This document shows, piece by piece, positions 50,434 to 64,000 of a stretch of DNA of 64,000 nt. The translations under genes and the position numbers were made by a program. Position 1 is the stretch's first letter; each line of letters opens with the position of its first letter. The DNA comes from Octopus bimaculoides (Eukaryota): positions 21,204,266-21,268,265 of the forward strand of contig NC_068985.1 of assembly GCF_001194135.2 (NCBI RefSeq). The letters run 5' to 3'. The notes below the pieces were generated by a model. It was not told where the DNA came from and did no database searches. It saw nothing but the letters and a program-made list of their open reading frames with translations.

Positions 50434-51319
50434 GGTAGTTTGATCAATAAGTATCCAGACTGTTGTTATAGTAATGAAGCTAAAGCACACAGAGTAAAGC
50501 AACTTGGCACAAATTGACCTTGAACTCTGCTGTGCAAGCACACTAAATTTTAATGTTCTAGCTCATTTCTGCTGTTTACAGTAGTGCTTGGAAGGAAGGT
50601 GTGTAGCGTGTGATTGTTGCATTGACCATGACTGAGAAAGTTGAGCAGAGAATCTGCATCAAATTTTGTCAAAAGCTTGGTGATACCTGCTCAGAGGCTT
50701 ATACAAAGTTTTCAAAAAGTTTTCATCATTCTCGACACAATCAAGATCTTGTGCAGCTGAAACACGAGTGACCTTTTGGTCAGCTGAAAGCAGTTTTGGC
50801 ACAAACTTGGCAGACATGTGTCTCCTACCCAAATCTTCAGTGATAATGGACTGAACTGAACCGTAACTAATCTGCACATCCTCTGATTACTTAGGGATGA
50901 TGATATGACGATTTCCCCTGCATGTTCATCTGCGATGTTTTTCCAGTTCTGCTGGTTGCAGGTTTCCCAGAACATTCATCAATATCAAGATTTTTTCGGG
51001 CATCTTGGAAATGCCTGAACCACTCCATACACTTTGGTTGCATCTCATACACTTCCCTCCACACACTTTTGGCAACTTTGCGTAGGCCTCTGAGCAGGTA
51101 TCATCATGACAACTTTCTCTGTCATGGTCAATGCGATGATCACATGCTACACACCTTCCTTCTAAGCACTGCTGTAAGCAGCAGAAGTGAGCTACAATGT
51201 TAAAACTTAGTGCACATGCACTGCAGAGTTCAAAGTCAAGCTTTGCCAAGCAGCTTCACTCTGCGTGCTTTAGCTTCATTACTATTCGCACAGTCCGGAT
51301 ACTTATTGATCAAACCTCA
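50434..51319. mobile_element. Fold-back non-autonomous mariner derivative with two 5' ends
   Basis: 50434-50718 is the mariner 5' end on + (TIR, UTR, MTEKVEQRICIKFCQKLGDTCSEAY). 50720-51319 is the same family's 5' portion on - and ends gtccggatacttattgatcaaacctca-TA. Junction at caaaaagt. Confidence 0.85.
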
Positions 51320-51405
51320 TATTGCCTTAATTTCTTACTTCCAATAGGTCATCCTGAGAAGTAGCCAGTCTTTGCTTTTTCTTTTTTTTTTTTTTTTTTT
51401 TTTTT

Positions 51406-51446
51406 NNNNNNNNNNNNNNNNNNNNNNNNNNNNNNNNNNNNNNNNN
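51406..51446. other. Assembly gap
   Basis: N run flanked by poly-T. Confidence 1.
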
Positions 51447-54400
51447 TTTTACACTGTTCATTAAATTATGACATGGTAAATGAAAATTTTAGTTTGTAAT
51501 AATCTATATAAAATACAATTTGACTATTTGTGAACTGAGGTCATAACTGTGATTTATTACTTAATCTTGTTTACAGAGCGTGAAATTTTCTCTGGAGCTT
51601 TTAACTTCATAAGCTTCTATGAGTAATTACTTGTTTCTTTGAATTAAGAGATCAAATTACTTTGAGGTCATAAACTGAAGAGGATAGGCTTGATAACTAA
51701 AACATTGTCTATGTCTTTTTGTGCTTCAAACTCTTGACTCAATGTTTTCATTATCTATTTTCTCTGTTATTAGTTTCCTCATACTCTGAATTATTTCTTA
51801 AACTATGCACCTACAACTAAAATGTTCATTTCTCACTTTAATACAGAAAAATAGGATACTGTTAAGTTCTCTAGGTCAGCAATTGCATAGTAGATTTATT
51901 TGTGCTTTTCATGTTTTTGTTTTATCAGAAAAATATGTTGTGGAAATCCTTAGAGAAATGTAAACTGCTAATTGTCTCTGCTCTAACCTGTGCTGTTTGT
52001 TATGATTCACATTAACACCTTCATTGCTTTATCTATTGATAAGTTCTCTAGTTCTCTCTAGTACATTGTTTTGTAGCTTTTAATAGTAGTTCTGCTACAA
52101 ATGTTATCTTCTCTTTCTCAGTTTGGTTACAGAAACATGTAACTGGTATTATGCCAACCCATTCTGTTGCATTCAACATATGAACTACTAATCTCATGGG
52201 GTCTTCTAGTTTTTCTGATTATAGCCTTAATCACTATTTCCTGGCTAATCTCTTAGTTTCGTTCATTATGTGTTATTTCTTCACTGCCATTATGGCCATG
52301 TTCTCTTTGTCATCTCATAAAAATCAGTTTGCTTGCTAGTTGTAATGAACCACATCCATAGGTTTGAATGTTTTTTGTTTTTTAATATAGTTGTAATACT
52401 ATAACTAGTATTTGGAAACTCAGTGTGGTGGTGCTGCTGGTGGTTTGTTTTCCTGGAAAGCAAGAATTATTGACCGTTTGTGTTTTGAGATCGCTGCATC
52501 CCATTGTGTTTTAAGTATTGTTAGTGTTGCTTTAGTGGAGCTGAGTATTTAAAATAACAGTAACCACATATGAATAATTAACAGGAAGAAGAACTGAGCT
52601 TACTGTTTGGAAGAGATTGATATTATCTGGAATAAATACAATGAAGTGATTTGGTAGTTAATTTAATTAAAGGAGTGGTGGCCTTAATAAAATAATGGAG
52701 GAGGTGCAGTTTCTTAAAGAATTAGAGATTAGTGAGTATCAATGGAAAAAGTTTTACTAATCAGTAAAATTGCTTTTTCTTGAATTTGGTGAAGAATATG
52801 TGAAGCTAAAGCAAGTGTAGGGTTGGAAGTAACACTCACATAAGCCTCATATGGTAATTGCAAATAAATTTCAAGAAATTAAGAAAATATTCAAATTCTC
52901 AACTCATGTGATTACGTCATAATCACATTGTGGTTAGGAAAATATTATTTTAATAATAATAATACTAATAATCACATTGAAACTGTCTTAAGAGTAGCTA
53001 TGAATCGTTAATGAAAATGTTGGCAGAAAACTATAAGACTCTTAGCTTTAATCATAATATTTTCTTTTGGTGAAATTACAATACATTCTGCGGTGTAAAC
53101 TGGACTAACAGCTCTCAAAGCAAAAATTAAATCCAGGTTAATTAATCATAGAAATATAAATCATTTAAAACATCCATATATTTATTACAAAAGTGTAGGG
53201 AAGTAACCTCACAATCCACTACTTTCTTTTGCCAAAATTGTCATGTTAAGCAAATAAATAATTGCTAGCTAACTTATTCATTACTCTTGTTTATCGTCAT
53301 TATGTTTAGTGAAATGAGTAAATTATTTCTGCTATTTTATGAAATTCTTTTCAAATCTAAAAAGAATGTTAGTTTCCATTTGCATAGTTCTTTATTTTGT
53401 AGACTATCAAACTATACCAGTTACATCATGGAAGAGACATTTTTTGCTGTCTAAGAACACAAAAGCTGTTGTATTCACTCTATATTCTTTTTTTTTTTTT
53501 TTTTTTTTTTTTTCCTTGAGGTGTCAGAATTTTTGTCACACCACTATGACCTGATCACTGACCCAGTTCCATTGTTGCTGTTGAAAATTAGCTACTCATG
53601 AGATTTTATAGCCTCAAGAGCTTTTGTCTTTTTTTTTATTTTTTTATCTTCAGCATATAGATCTCAGTATAGTTAATTGATCATTTGACATGGTCACCTG
53701 TTAAAGAAGAATAGAACCTAAAAGTGACTAATGGCAGCCCATGTAAAAGATTTAATAACAGCTTTATCATGATAGACATATTAGACAATGTTGCCCTTGA
53801 TGTGTTGTACCTAGAAAGAACAGAGGATAGTCTGGACATACGTAGAGTGTGCAATCATAGATCTGCTGAATCAGGGCTAAAGAACAAATTCTGAGAACCA
53901 AGTCACTGACTTGACTTCTTCTTTGAGTCACCTTATCTGAAAGTTCACTACTCTCAATTTCATTGTTAACTCTCATTATGTAATCCTGGGGTATTTTTTC
54001 TCTTTCTGGTAGGCTTGTATCTCTGAAGGTTCAAAAAGAAGCCAAACCTCTGAGGACTATAAAAACTTGCCAGTAACTAATTTCAACAGTTCCAATGGAA
54101 CTATGTCAGTGACCAGGTTTCAGAGATACAAGAAACATTTTGATGTCACAGGAAATAAACAAAAGATAAATTATAACAGTGTTTGTATGAGCTTAAATGA
54201 CTAAAATGGTAATTCCATGATGTAAGTGCTTCAGTTTCCACTCAGTCTCAGATCAAGTAACTCATCAGCTACAAATATAAAATGCTAAAAACTAGTTAGA
54301 AACAAATTTATTTCCTGGTTTAATAATGTAATTCAGAAAAACAACAAAAAAAAGAAAGATGTTTATCTATAAATGAGAATTTGATTCATTTTGAGCTAGA

Positions 54401-56974
54401 GAAAGATTACTTGAACTGCAATATTCAGTTGCAGTTGAGAAAATATTTTAATAAAAAAAGTATGCAGTTCTTTTAAGAGACTTTAGTTGCTTTACCATCT
54501 ACCAAGAGAAAATATAAGTATTTTTGCAGATGTGTTGGATATTCTGTTTGTAATATCTTTGATCTAAAGTTGGTAAACCTAATAATCTAAGAATTTTATA
54601 TGATTTTGAAATTAACTAAAAATGTAACCAAATATTTTTTGAAATTTAATTTTGATTTTTTTTTTTTTTTCTTTCTCTAATTGGAAGATATTTCTGATTT
54701 AGCCAATAAAATTAAAGCTTCAAATGCAGGATATTTATAATTAATGTTTAACATGTCTAGTATTTACAGATTAATGCAGCTACATATAAATATATAACTT
54801 TATTTTTTCTTTATAAGACCAATTATGTAGAAGGTGTATAGATTGAATCTGCTTCAGTATATTTGCATTTCTTGACTCCAGAGTTTAAAAGTAGTATTGA
54901 TCCTGGAAGGATTTGAATTCAGAATATTAAAGGGTAAAACTGAATACTTTACGGTATTCAATTCAACACTACTATTAAATTCTCACTGAAGTAGTGAGAA
55001 TTAACAGATTAAATTGTGTTTTAAGGCTGTATTATGTTGTAAGCATTAACTTAATGCATCATTATTAGATCATTATTCTAACCATCATTATCCCTAAATT
55101 GTCATTGTAGTTTCTACAATCATACCTTTGCTCACCTCAGATCATATTACTTTCTAATTATTCCCGTGCTACCACCACTCATTATCTTTATGTAATTTTC
55201 TGCTACCCTAGACAGCCTTTTTAATCATAATATGCTCTACAAACTCATGTACCCGTAATTAATCTTCAGAGTGCTTCCTAAAACTTCATACAGCTGCAAT
55301 GATCATGCTAATTTATATTGTTACATTTACCCTTCAGTTATGCTTTTTAAAAAACCCACATTTATACCAAAACTATCATAACATTGACTGCAATTACATT
55401 TACCCCTAGTCCTCATCTATTGCCTTATTTATATAGGAAAATCATTGACTTAAAATTTGATACAAGGAGAGTGAAATTTAAAATTTGTAAAAACAAAAAA
55501 TATGAAAATGACTTAATCTTAATTTTATTTAACAAAAATTTCTTTATCAAATAATAGGTCTTAAAATTTTTTTTTAAAAATGAAGCTACAATAGAAAATT
55601 ATTCTATAGCAGTTTGAAAAGAGAAGAAAATCAATAACTTAAGAATGCAAAAACTACATCAATGAAGTTTTGTATAATGTCTTGAAAACTACAAATCCTA
55701 TTATAAATGTCACATATTAATAAGGAAACTGTAATGATTGTTATTACTTTATGCAAAAATGCTTTGAGATGCTGTTGTCCTAAACAGAAAAACCCAGTTG
55801 CTTGCAACTAATCCTTTCCAATTTTCTTCTGTGAGTCGGTATGACAAAAGTCTTCACTATTTGTGCAAACAATTTTTTTAAAGTGATTATACATATGTAT
55901 CTATCTGTCATCAGAGCAAGATCGAGACACTTTGTACGTAGTAAAGACACAGCTTTCACTAGATATGTATTGTGACCTATAATTAATTCAGTGTATCTAC
56001 AATTCATTTGGCTTTTTCTGACAAACCAACATAATACACAACATTGAGAATATATGAAATGAAGTCACATTCAGGTATAGAACATATTGAACATATTCAT
56101 TACCAGGAATATGAGTTTTTGTGATAGTAATATTGAACATAGAAAAAGAATTGAGAATGTTTGATGGGTACTGGATAATATAAAAATGCTCTGGACTGTA
56201 GTTGTTTATTGTAGATACTCCCCCACCCTGCAAAAAGTGGGTTGATGTGAATGGACAAAAGAATTGACAAATGATTACTGAAGAGCTGTTATTTATAATA
56301 CAGATCTCTTCCATGATGGGAAAAAACAGTGAATGTATAATCAATTATAGTAGTATAGCTCTTTCTGTTTGTTTTTTTTTTAAGAATAGATTATTAATTC
56401 ACCACTTTTTTTTGTACAAATCACATTGTTTGATACAAGCTTCCAAACTAGTGTGTATTTCAATAGACTGTATTATCAGTTTTCATTTTACATGTAATAT
56501 TGTCCATGTAGACAAGATTATTAGAGAGATAATTTATTATAACTGTTGCCATATGGAAACGAAATAACATAAAATTTATCAGTGAGAGAACAAAACCCCA
56601 ACTTTTCAAATTCAGTGTATATTTGGTCCACATGTAGGGTAGCAAAACTTAATGAACAAATAAAAAAAATAAATTTAAAAAACTGAGAGAAAGCTGTTTA
56701 GTTTTCAAAGAAATATTTACAAAAGTTGTTACAGATCCAACAGCATAACTTCATTAACAATGCTGAAGTACTAGGAAGCTGATTCATAGTTTGTCACTAA
56801 TGCTATTAAGAAACTGTTTGGTATCATAGTATCATGTATTGAGAGTGCCAGAGTCCAGAATTTCTTTTCAAGAGGTATACTTGGTGCTGTTAAAATACCC
56901 AAGTTTTTGAAGACATAAGGAATCTTTGAAAAGCTGGTGGTCTTGTTGATATTTGAATAGAACAAGGGGGCAAA

Positions 56975-57175
56975 CATTAGCATGCCGGGTGAAATGCTTA
57001 GTGGTATTTCGTCTATCTTTGTATTCTGAGTTCAAATTGCACCAAGGTCGACTTTGCCTTTCATCCTTCCAGGGTCGATAAATTAAGTACCAGTTATGTA
57101 CTGGGGCCAATTTAATTGATTAGCCCCCTCCCCAAAAATTTTGGGCTTTGTGCCTAGAGTAGTAAAGAATATTTT
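56975..57175 (+). mobile_element. SINE family B well-preserved copy
   Basis: gcatgccgggtgaaatgcttagtggtatttcg...ctgagttcaaatt...gtcgactttgcctttcatccttccagggtcgataaattaagtaccag...ggctttgtgcctagagtag. Confidence 0.85.
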
Positions 57176-59904
57176 AATAGAATATATATTGAAACAAAAA
57201 GAAGAAAACAGCAGGGAAATGTCTACTCTGTCGTATGCAGTGAAGTTACAGGTGGAATCAATCAATCACAGACAACCCCATAACCATTATATGCTCAAAT
57301 TTGTCCTTAACTGCAACCATAATTGAATGTATCAACACTATTGTCATGATTTTTGTATCATCGATCCAACCTAATTTTGTCGATTGTTGAATAAAAGATA
57401 GTCACCCACTGAAAGTAAGTTATGCCAGCACACTAGAACAGGGAAATTTTAATAAAGCTGAAGTTATTATTTTATTAGATAAAAAAAGAAATTGCTGATA
57501 ACACAGGATTATATGTTTGAGTATATAATGAAAATCAAACCATGAAGAGATTCTTTGAAATGGTTTCTAGTTGCCATGTGTAAAATGGTAAAATATAGTT
57601 TCTGTGATAGTTAAAGCCTACTGTAATACAGATAAAATTGTTGTTGCAAAACATGTTAAAAAGAATCTAGAATTCAGAATTTGTTCATTTCTTAATGAAG
57701 ATTCTTAACAGCATCTTCGATATTTTTTTTTTTTTCATAAGTTCAATGCATGCAATATTAAGATTTTTTTTTAAAGAATTACCCATGCATGCAACATAAA
57801 AACTCTTTCCATTTATTGCATTACTTAGCTGTTTTTTCTTGGTTTATAACAAAAGAGAAAGAGAATATATTTGCATTGAAAAGGTAAAACATTTAACTTT
57901 TTTGTCTTTTTCTACTTTTTTTTTTTTTAGATAGCATTAATACATTTATTTTTAAAGTCATCATCTGAAACATCTGTCCTCCCTGATTCAAAATTGAATT
58001 TTTTTTTCTTTCAAGAATTGTGTAGTTAAATTAGCATAATATTTTCTCCCAAAAGCATTTTTGTAAATAAAAAATAAAATAAATTTATATCGTTAAGCTT
58101 CATTATGTTTTATCTTCCTAGTATTGAAGCTGCTTTTTATGTTTACCCACTTCAAACTCTTAGAATGCAATAAATTGGTATTTAATGATTTTCCTTTTGC
58201 TATGAATACAATGTCATTTAATATCATAGGATACTCTAAGAGCTAGATGTCTGTGGAAATTGCTCTACTGTAGACTTCATAGTTGCCTTTACAGTACCTA
58301 TAATTCAGAATGAATTCAAGATTTAGAGAGAGACTTGAAATAACATTGCAATACTCAATATGTTAATTAGCAGCCTTGTCAAGCCTTTAGAAAAAGGATA
58401 GCAAATCAATGCTGGATACTATCTAAACATTACAACCTGTCAGTATACAAATATTACTGGCACTATTGTGGCTTAATAAAGACCTTGTTCTTCAAGTGGT
58501 CAAAATATGAGTATTACCACCAAGCTGGCTTCTATGAAGAGTTCCTCACTGTTTCATTATTCAGGAGCTGTTAGGAGCTAGTACATTGAATTCATAAAAC
58601 TGAGTTTAACTAAAAATCAGGTTATCTGATAATTGTTTTCTACAAATAAAATTAAAGTTGTTATATAAATTTTACATATATTTTTGAAATGGAATTTAAG
58701 TTAACCTACTTTAGAGCTAAATGCAATATACATTAAAAATATAAAAATTCCTATAATTAGGATTTCTTCTCATTAGAACTACTAGTAATATTTGTTAATG
58801 ACCTTTTGCTACAAACTACTTTCTGTTAGTAACTATTTAAATATAGGTTTCTTCCAAGACACTAATTCTAAAAGGGGATAGCATAAATTAATTCAGTGTG
58901 TGTGTTTTAAAGGAAACTCACAAAAATACTTTTGCTCCTTTTAAACTTCAAATGATGTATGACTTCATTTTGTGACCACCCTCCTCCTTTTATACAAAAG
59001 CTCAATTTTGATATCTTTAATTCCAGTGGCTGACTATTTAAAAAACCCTTCAACAACCATTTATTTTAAAATCTGATTTAGAAACTTGATTTGAGTGAGT
59101 AACCATTAAGTAATTAGTGTCAAGAAAAATACCTAGCAGCCTGTGTTCTGGCTTTTTACAATCTAAGTTCAAATCTTGTCTTTGTTATCCTTTCAGGATC
59201 AATAAAATCAAGAACTGGACTTGATGATATCAACTACCCTACCCTTAAAAATTTCTGGCTTTGTGTCTAAATTAGAAACAATTACTGCTGTGGTCAATGA
59301 AAAAGTCTGAAATTGGAGGCTTAAACTATGTAATTTACTACCTTGCTATTTTGAGTTCAAATCAAAGTGTTGTCTGATCTTTCCTGTCTTTAGGGTTAAT
59401 AATGTTGGTAGTAATAGGGAAACATTAATTGTGCTTTTCCCTTATAAAATATTGATTTGTCTCTTTTTTTTTTTTTTCTAAAGAAGAAATAAGTATCAAT
59501 TTATGTAGTATCTTCAACAAGTATTTCTTTAGAATTCTATGTAAGCTTATTTTATTTTTATAGCCTTTCCAAGCCTTAACAGACTTGGGGAGGGTATAAG
59601 GTCAGCCACAGTCATGAAATACAGAACAAGATATAGGATTTTGCACCACTTGTCTTATGATGCCCTACCTGTCTTACTGATTACCCTATGAGAATTAATA
59701 GTGCTACTACCAGGAGAGAGACAGGGACAATAGTGTTTTGAGAGTCTGCAATATGAAACCATATACCGGGCAAAACACCTTGTATTAGATCTTAATATAT
59801 CACACTTCTTATTTTTTAATAAAGAAAATATTGTTGTTGTCATCATTGTCATTATAATTTCCATTTTATTTTTAAAATTTAATATCCAATTTTCTATACT
59901 GGCA

Positions 59905-60038
59905 TTAGTTAGAAAACTCTGCCAAATCAAATTGGAGCCTGGTGTAGCCATCTGGCTTGCCAGTCCTCAGTCAAATCATCTAACCCATGCTAGCATGGAA
60001 AGCGGACGTTAAACGATGATGAGGATGGTGATGATGAT
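59905..60038 (+). mobile_element. SINE family A young copy, 5'-truncated
   Basis: agaaaactctgccaaatcaaattggagcctgg...ggacgttaaacgatgatgaggatggtgatgatgat. Confidence 0.9.
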
Positions 60039-61499
60039 CAAATTAACAATGTTTAATACTTACTAGGTGTAAACTTTGCTGAAGCTCTTTCTTTTCATTA
60101 AATGATATACCACTCAACATAGGTTTTTAAACATTAATAGTGTTGATTCAGTTAATGAATGTTAGTGATAAACATTGTATTTTTATTTTATTTCATTTTT
60201 TTATTTAGCTTCTCATAATAGATGAACTGAAGTACAATGTTGATTGTGTAAATAGGGGCAAGTCTCTACATACTTGCTCAACCTGCTAGAAGTAGCAGCC
60301 AAATTCCTCTCCTACCATACCCCTACAAGAACATATTGGAGAATTTACTCCTGGATGCATTGTTTGCAAATAAGTTGGGACGGTCGTGGTTGGAATGCTT
60401 TGATATAGGTTTGCTTCATCAAAGCTGACCTGAAACTAAACAAAGAACTAAGATTTTAATTGACTACTCTAAAGACCTAGTTCCATAAAACAGGATCATG
60501 TGACGAAGGAACAAAGCAGGTCAAGAGCTTGCTAAAGCTTAGTTCTTCATTATATGAATATAATGAATTAGAATGTACAACAGCAGGTGAGGGAAATCTG
60601 TTGCAAAGTAGTAATAGCAACAACTAACTGGCAACTATATTTTGCTTATGTGCTTCATGAAAAAAGGATTGTAAATAACTGGCTTTTTTTTTTCCTATTT
60701 TTTCTTTTTGCATAAATACACTTTCAAGTTATATATTTGTTTTTTGTTTTTTTATGTTAAACCTTCACTACTCTGATTGTACTTATTCAAAATGGTGATT
60801 GTACATTTATTCAGTTGATATGATTTGAATGTAGTCAGGCAAGTGTAACTCCTGCAAGCATTGGAAAACAGAAGAGATTTTACATGAATTCATGATCATG
60901 ATGATTATAATTTTATTTTATTTTATTTCTTTTATTTATTAAGTGAAAGAATGTCATACAGAAGTGCTTGCTGCTTCAAGTATCTGTTAAAAACTGCACA
61001 TGACTATTTACAAATCTTACAGTACTTATGTCTATAGTTTATTTTTGTTTACTATTAAGAAAAATAAGCTAATAATTCTTAAGATATTTATATTTTACTG
61101 ATACTGAAATTTAATACATAAATATATTTTATGCATCACTAAGTAGCTTTTCTCTTTCACCTCTCCCTTTCTCTCGGGTTTAGATTAAGTCAGTGTGTGT
61201 AAATATGTATGTTTGTGTGTGTGGATGTATAAATGTTTATGAGTGTATGTTTATATGTGTCTGTGCAAAAGAAGCAGACATTTTTATTTTTTCTAATAAA
61301 ATCCATAGCATTACAATATTTTGAGCTTGAACTGCTTATTCATGATGAGACAGGAGATTAAGGAGTTGAAATAAGTCTCAAATACATTTTGGTTAGGGTT
61401 GACCATGTTAGAACATTTCAGATATGTAGGTTTGTCAATCAAGGGTCTGTCTGAACATCTTCATAGACCAGAATACGTTGAGGTACATATACTCATATG

Positions 61500-61975
61500 T
61501 ATCATCATCGTCTTCATTTTAGGTTTGTTTTCCATGCTAACACGGGTTGGACAGTTTGACAGGGGCTGGTAAGGTTAGGGGCCATGCCAAGCTCCAGGCA
61601 TCTGTTTTGGCATGATTTCTCCAGCTGGATGCCCTTTCTAACACCAACCACTTTACAAAGTGTCCTGGGTTCTTCTCCAGGGATAGCGATGTATCTCCTC
61701 TACAGCAAGACACCTGTTACTGTCCCCACCTCTCATCACTTAGCATAAAGTCTTCTCCCTCAATACTACACACACTCAGTTGAAGGGGTCTTGTCTTGCA
61801 AGTTATTGGTGACCTCATTAGCGCCAATGCTAATTAAAAAAAAGCATTATGAGGGGCATCCAGCTGTAGAAACCATGCAAAAGCAGGCATTGGAGCTTGA
61901 TGCAGTCTTCTGGCTCCTGTTAAACTGTTCAACGCATACCAGCTTGGATAATGGACGCTAGATGGTGATGATGCC
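61500..61975. mobile_element. Directly juxtaposed inverted pair of family A SINEs
   Basis: Left arm (cat)n...ccagctggatgccc (minus orientation, 61500-61680); right arm ggggcatccagctg...gatggtgatgatg (plus orientation, ~61850-61975). Confidence 0.75.
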
Positions 61976-63345
61976 TTACATCCAGAAAAATGCTGCCCAT
62001 CTGATGGAAATAAAGTCTCATACAGACCTATTCCAGCCTTTGGCCCACAAGTTTGCTGTCTTCTTTCTCTGCCTTTTTTTGCTGTTATTATAATGGCCTC
62101 AGCTCCTTGGTGTTGGCTAGGTCATGCCACCTCTTCTCAATATTCCTCTCCCATTCATCTCTTCTCTTTGAATCACCATTTTGTCCATCCTCTAAGCTTC
62201 ACATTAATCACTACACCCAGAACTTTTGTCATCTAGAATTCACTCTCTGCTCATATCTTTCCCATTGATGATAATTTGCAAAGGTTTGAGTGGAGTATTA
62301 ACGACATCAATCTCATGGTCTAGGTGTGCCAAAAAAAAAAACATGCAAACTATGCCCCTTCCTTCAGATCCAGCAAGTAATATATATGTCACAATATATG
62401 GATTCAAGTAATCCAGTAGTACTCATAAAAAAGCTCCTTAGTTTGTCATTATACAAACCATTTAGAGTGTATAGTAATATACATGAGAAAAGAATTAGGA
62501 GAATATAAAGATATAAACAATGGAGAAATATTGTGATGAACTTTGTATGTTAAACAAAGTTCATCATATTTCTCTGTCATTTATATCGTTACACACACAC
62601 ACACACACACATTTCTTGTGCCATCAGTTCTGACTTGAAGGGTTAGCATCAGAAAGGGTAATTCAGTTGTAAAAAAAAAGATACCCTCCAAAAGTCCCAT
62701 TCAACTCATACCACCATCGAAATTTTGAAAAACAATGATGATGATGTTATATACATATAATATATATAAGGTTCCTCTCAATATACAGATTTAATACTAA
62801 GACATAAATTTTGTTTTTACATTTTACTCACTATGATATGACTAACTTTATATGTCAGCTTCTCTCCTTGTATTGGCTGTGAATAAAACTATTATTATTT
62901 AATCACCATGTCTTAATTACAATAGCTACAGTATTTAAGACATGGGATTATGCTCAATGCATTTAAAAACAAAACGTCCCTAATATAAATTTAACTAATT
63001 GAATACTTAGAAATTTGAGATTAAAATTCTGTCCATTTTTCAAAATGAGGTATTTAATATAATTTAGTGTAATCTTACCGACTAGAGTGCTTGAGTCATC
63101 GATAATGACAAAGTTAGTGTTGAAAATGTAACCTGATGAAAGTTGATAATTAGAGGAGGAGGAGGAAGTATATAAAAATTCCAAAATAACAGAATAAGTA
63201 AATTATATTTATCACTCCCAAAATGTTTAGACATGTATACTTCAGTGCGGAAGTTCATGAACAACAATATTTCTTGTGTAGATAAGAGGAAGCATTAGCA
63301 CATCTTGACCTTATGAATTTTCAATCTGTAATTTCAAATTGTTCT

Positions 63346-63366
63346 TAACCCTAACCCTAACCCTAA
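63346..63366 (-). repeat. Short interstitial (TTAGGG)3.5 telomeric-type repeat
   Basis: taaccctaaccctaaccctaa. Confidence 0.8.
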
Positions 63367-63479
63367 TCAAGATCAGGGCATTTCACCATATAGGCTACTG
63401 ATACTGTAGTAGACGACATACTAAAGTGGCATTGAAACTTCTTATGACTGCTGCAGTGCTAGGAAAATCATCAGAATTA

Positions 63480-63609
63480 ATGAACATTAAAACCTTTCTC
63501 AACCACGTGGTTCTGGGTTCAGTCACTGCGTGACACTTTGGGTGTAGCCCCAGACTAAGCAATGCCTTGTAAGTGGAACTGGTTGGTGGAAATTGTAAGA
63601 AGACCATCA

Positions 63610-63664
<55 letters not shown>
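63480..63664 (+). mobile_element. SINE family C copy ending in (GT)n/(TA)n
   Basis: aaccacgtggttctgggttcagtcactgcgtgacactttggg...gccttgtaagtggaactggttggtggaaattgtaagaagacc. Confidence 0.75.
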
Positions 63665-63975
63665 NNNNNNNNNNNNNNNNNNNNNNNNNNNNNNNNNNNN
63701 NNNNNNNNNNNNNNNNNNNNNNNNNNNNNNNNNNNNNNNNNNNNNNNNNNNNNNNNNNNNNNNNNNNNNNNNNNNNNNNNNNNNNNNNNNNNNNNNNNNN
63801 NNNNNNNNNNNNNNNNNNNNNNNNNNNNNNNNNNNNNNNNNNNNNNNNNNNNNNNNNNNNNNNNNNNNNNNNNNNNNNNNNNNNNNNNNNNNNNNNNNNN
63901 NNNNNNNNNNNNNNNNNNNNNNNNNNNNNNNNNNNNNNNNNNNNNNNNNNNNNNNNNNNNNNNNNNNNNNNNNNN
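63665..63975. other. Assembly gap
   Basis: N run. Confidence 1.
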
Positions 63976-64000
63976 AGACACACATAAGAAGGAAGGAAAC

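Noticed and set aside
54013-54230. Possible exon after ttttttctctttctggtAG with a 60-codon frame
   Set aside because: The open frame stops before the GTAAGT donor, and the adjacent sequence looks like an antisense LINE remnant.
62950-63330. Possible fourth piggyBac relic on the minus strand (IDDSSTLVGK...)
   Set aside because: Similarity is too faint to call by eye and no TTAA-CCC terminus was found; needs an HMM search.

Overview
AT-rich, repeat-dense eukaryotic genomic window with six assembly gaps. The SINE/LINE-tail families resemble those I recall from Octopus (coleoid cephalopod); this is recognition, not a database result. The one well-supported host coding signal is a CpG-rich promoter region (~17050-17250) followed by an 888-nt low-complexity ORF (17249-18136, +) ending at a plausible splice donor. 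It is probably the first coding exon of a large gene whose downstream exons I could not identify, so most of 18.1-64 kb is probably intronic. Head-to-head with it lies a decayed PGBD3-like piggyBac transposase (- strand) that retains an in-frame two-exon start. The rest is a transposon graveyard: further piggyBac relics, two DD37D (maT) elements, a DD34D mariner plus a fold-back derivative, a Gypsy integrase relic and solo LTR, CR1- and RTE-type LINE fragments, a Penelope-like N-terminus, and many SINE copies. The most unusual observations are a tRNA-headed SINE carrying a hammerhead-ribozyme-like core, the spliced piggyBac beside the host promoter, two phase-incompatible candidate first exons, a 255-bp templated insertion inside a mariner, a two-5'-end mariner, and a 131-bp palindrome. 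No rRNA, intact tRNA or CRISPR array was seen.
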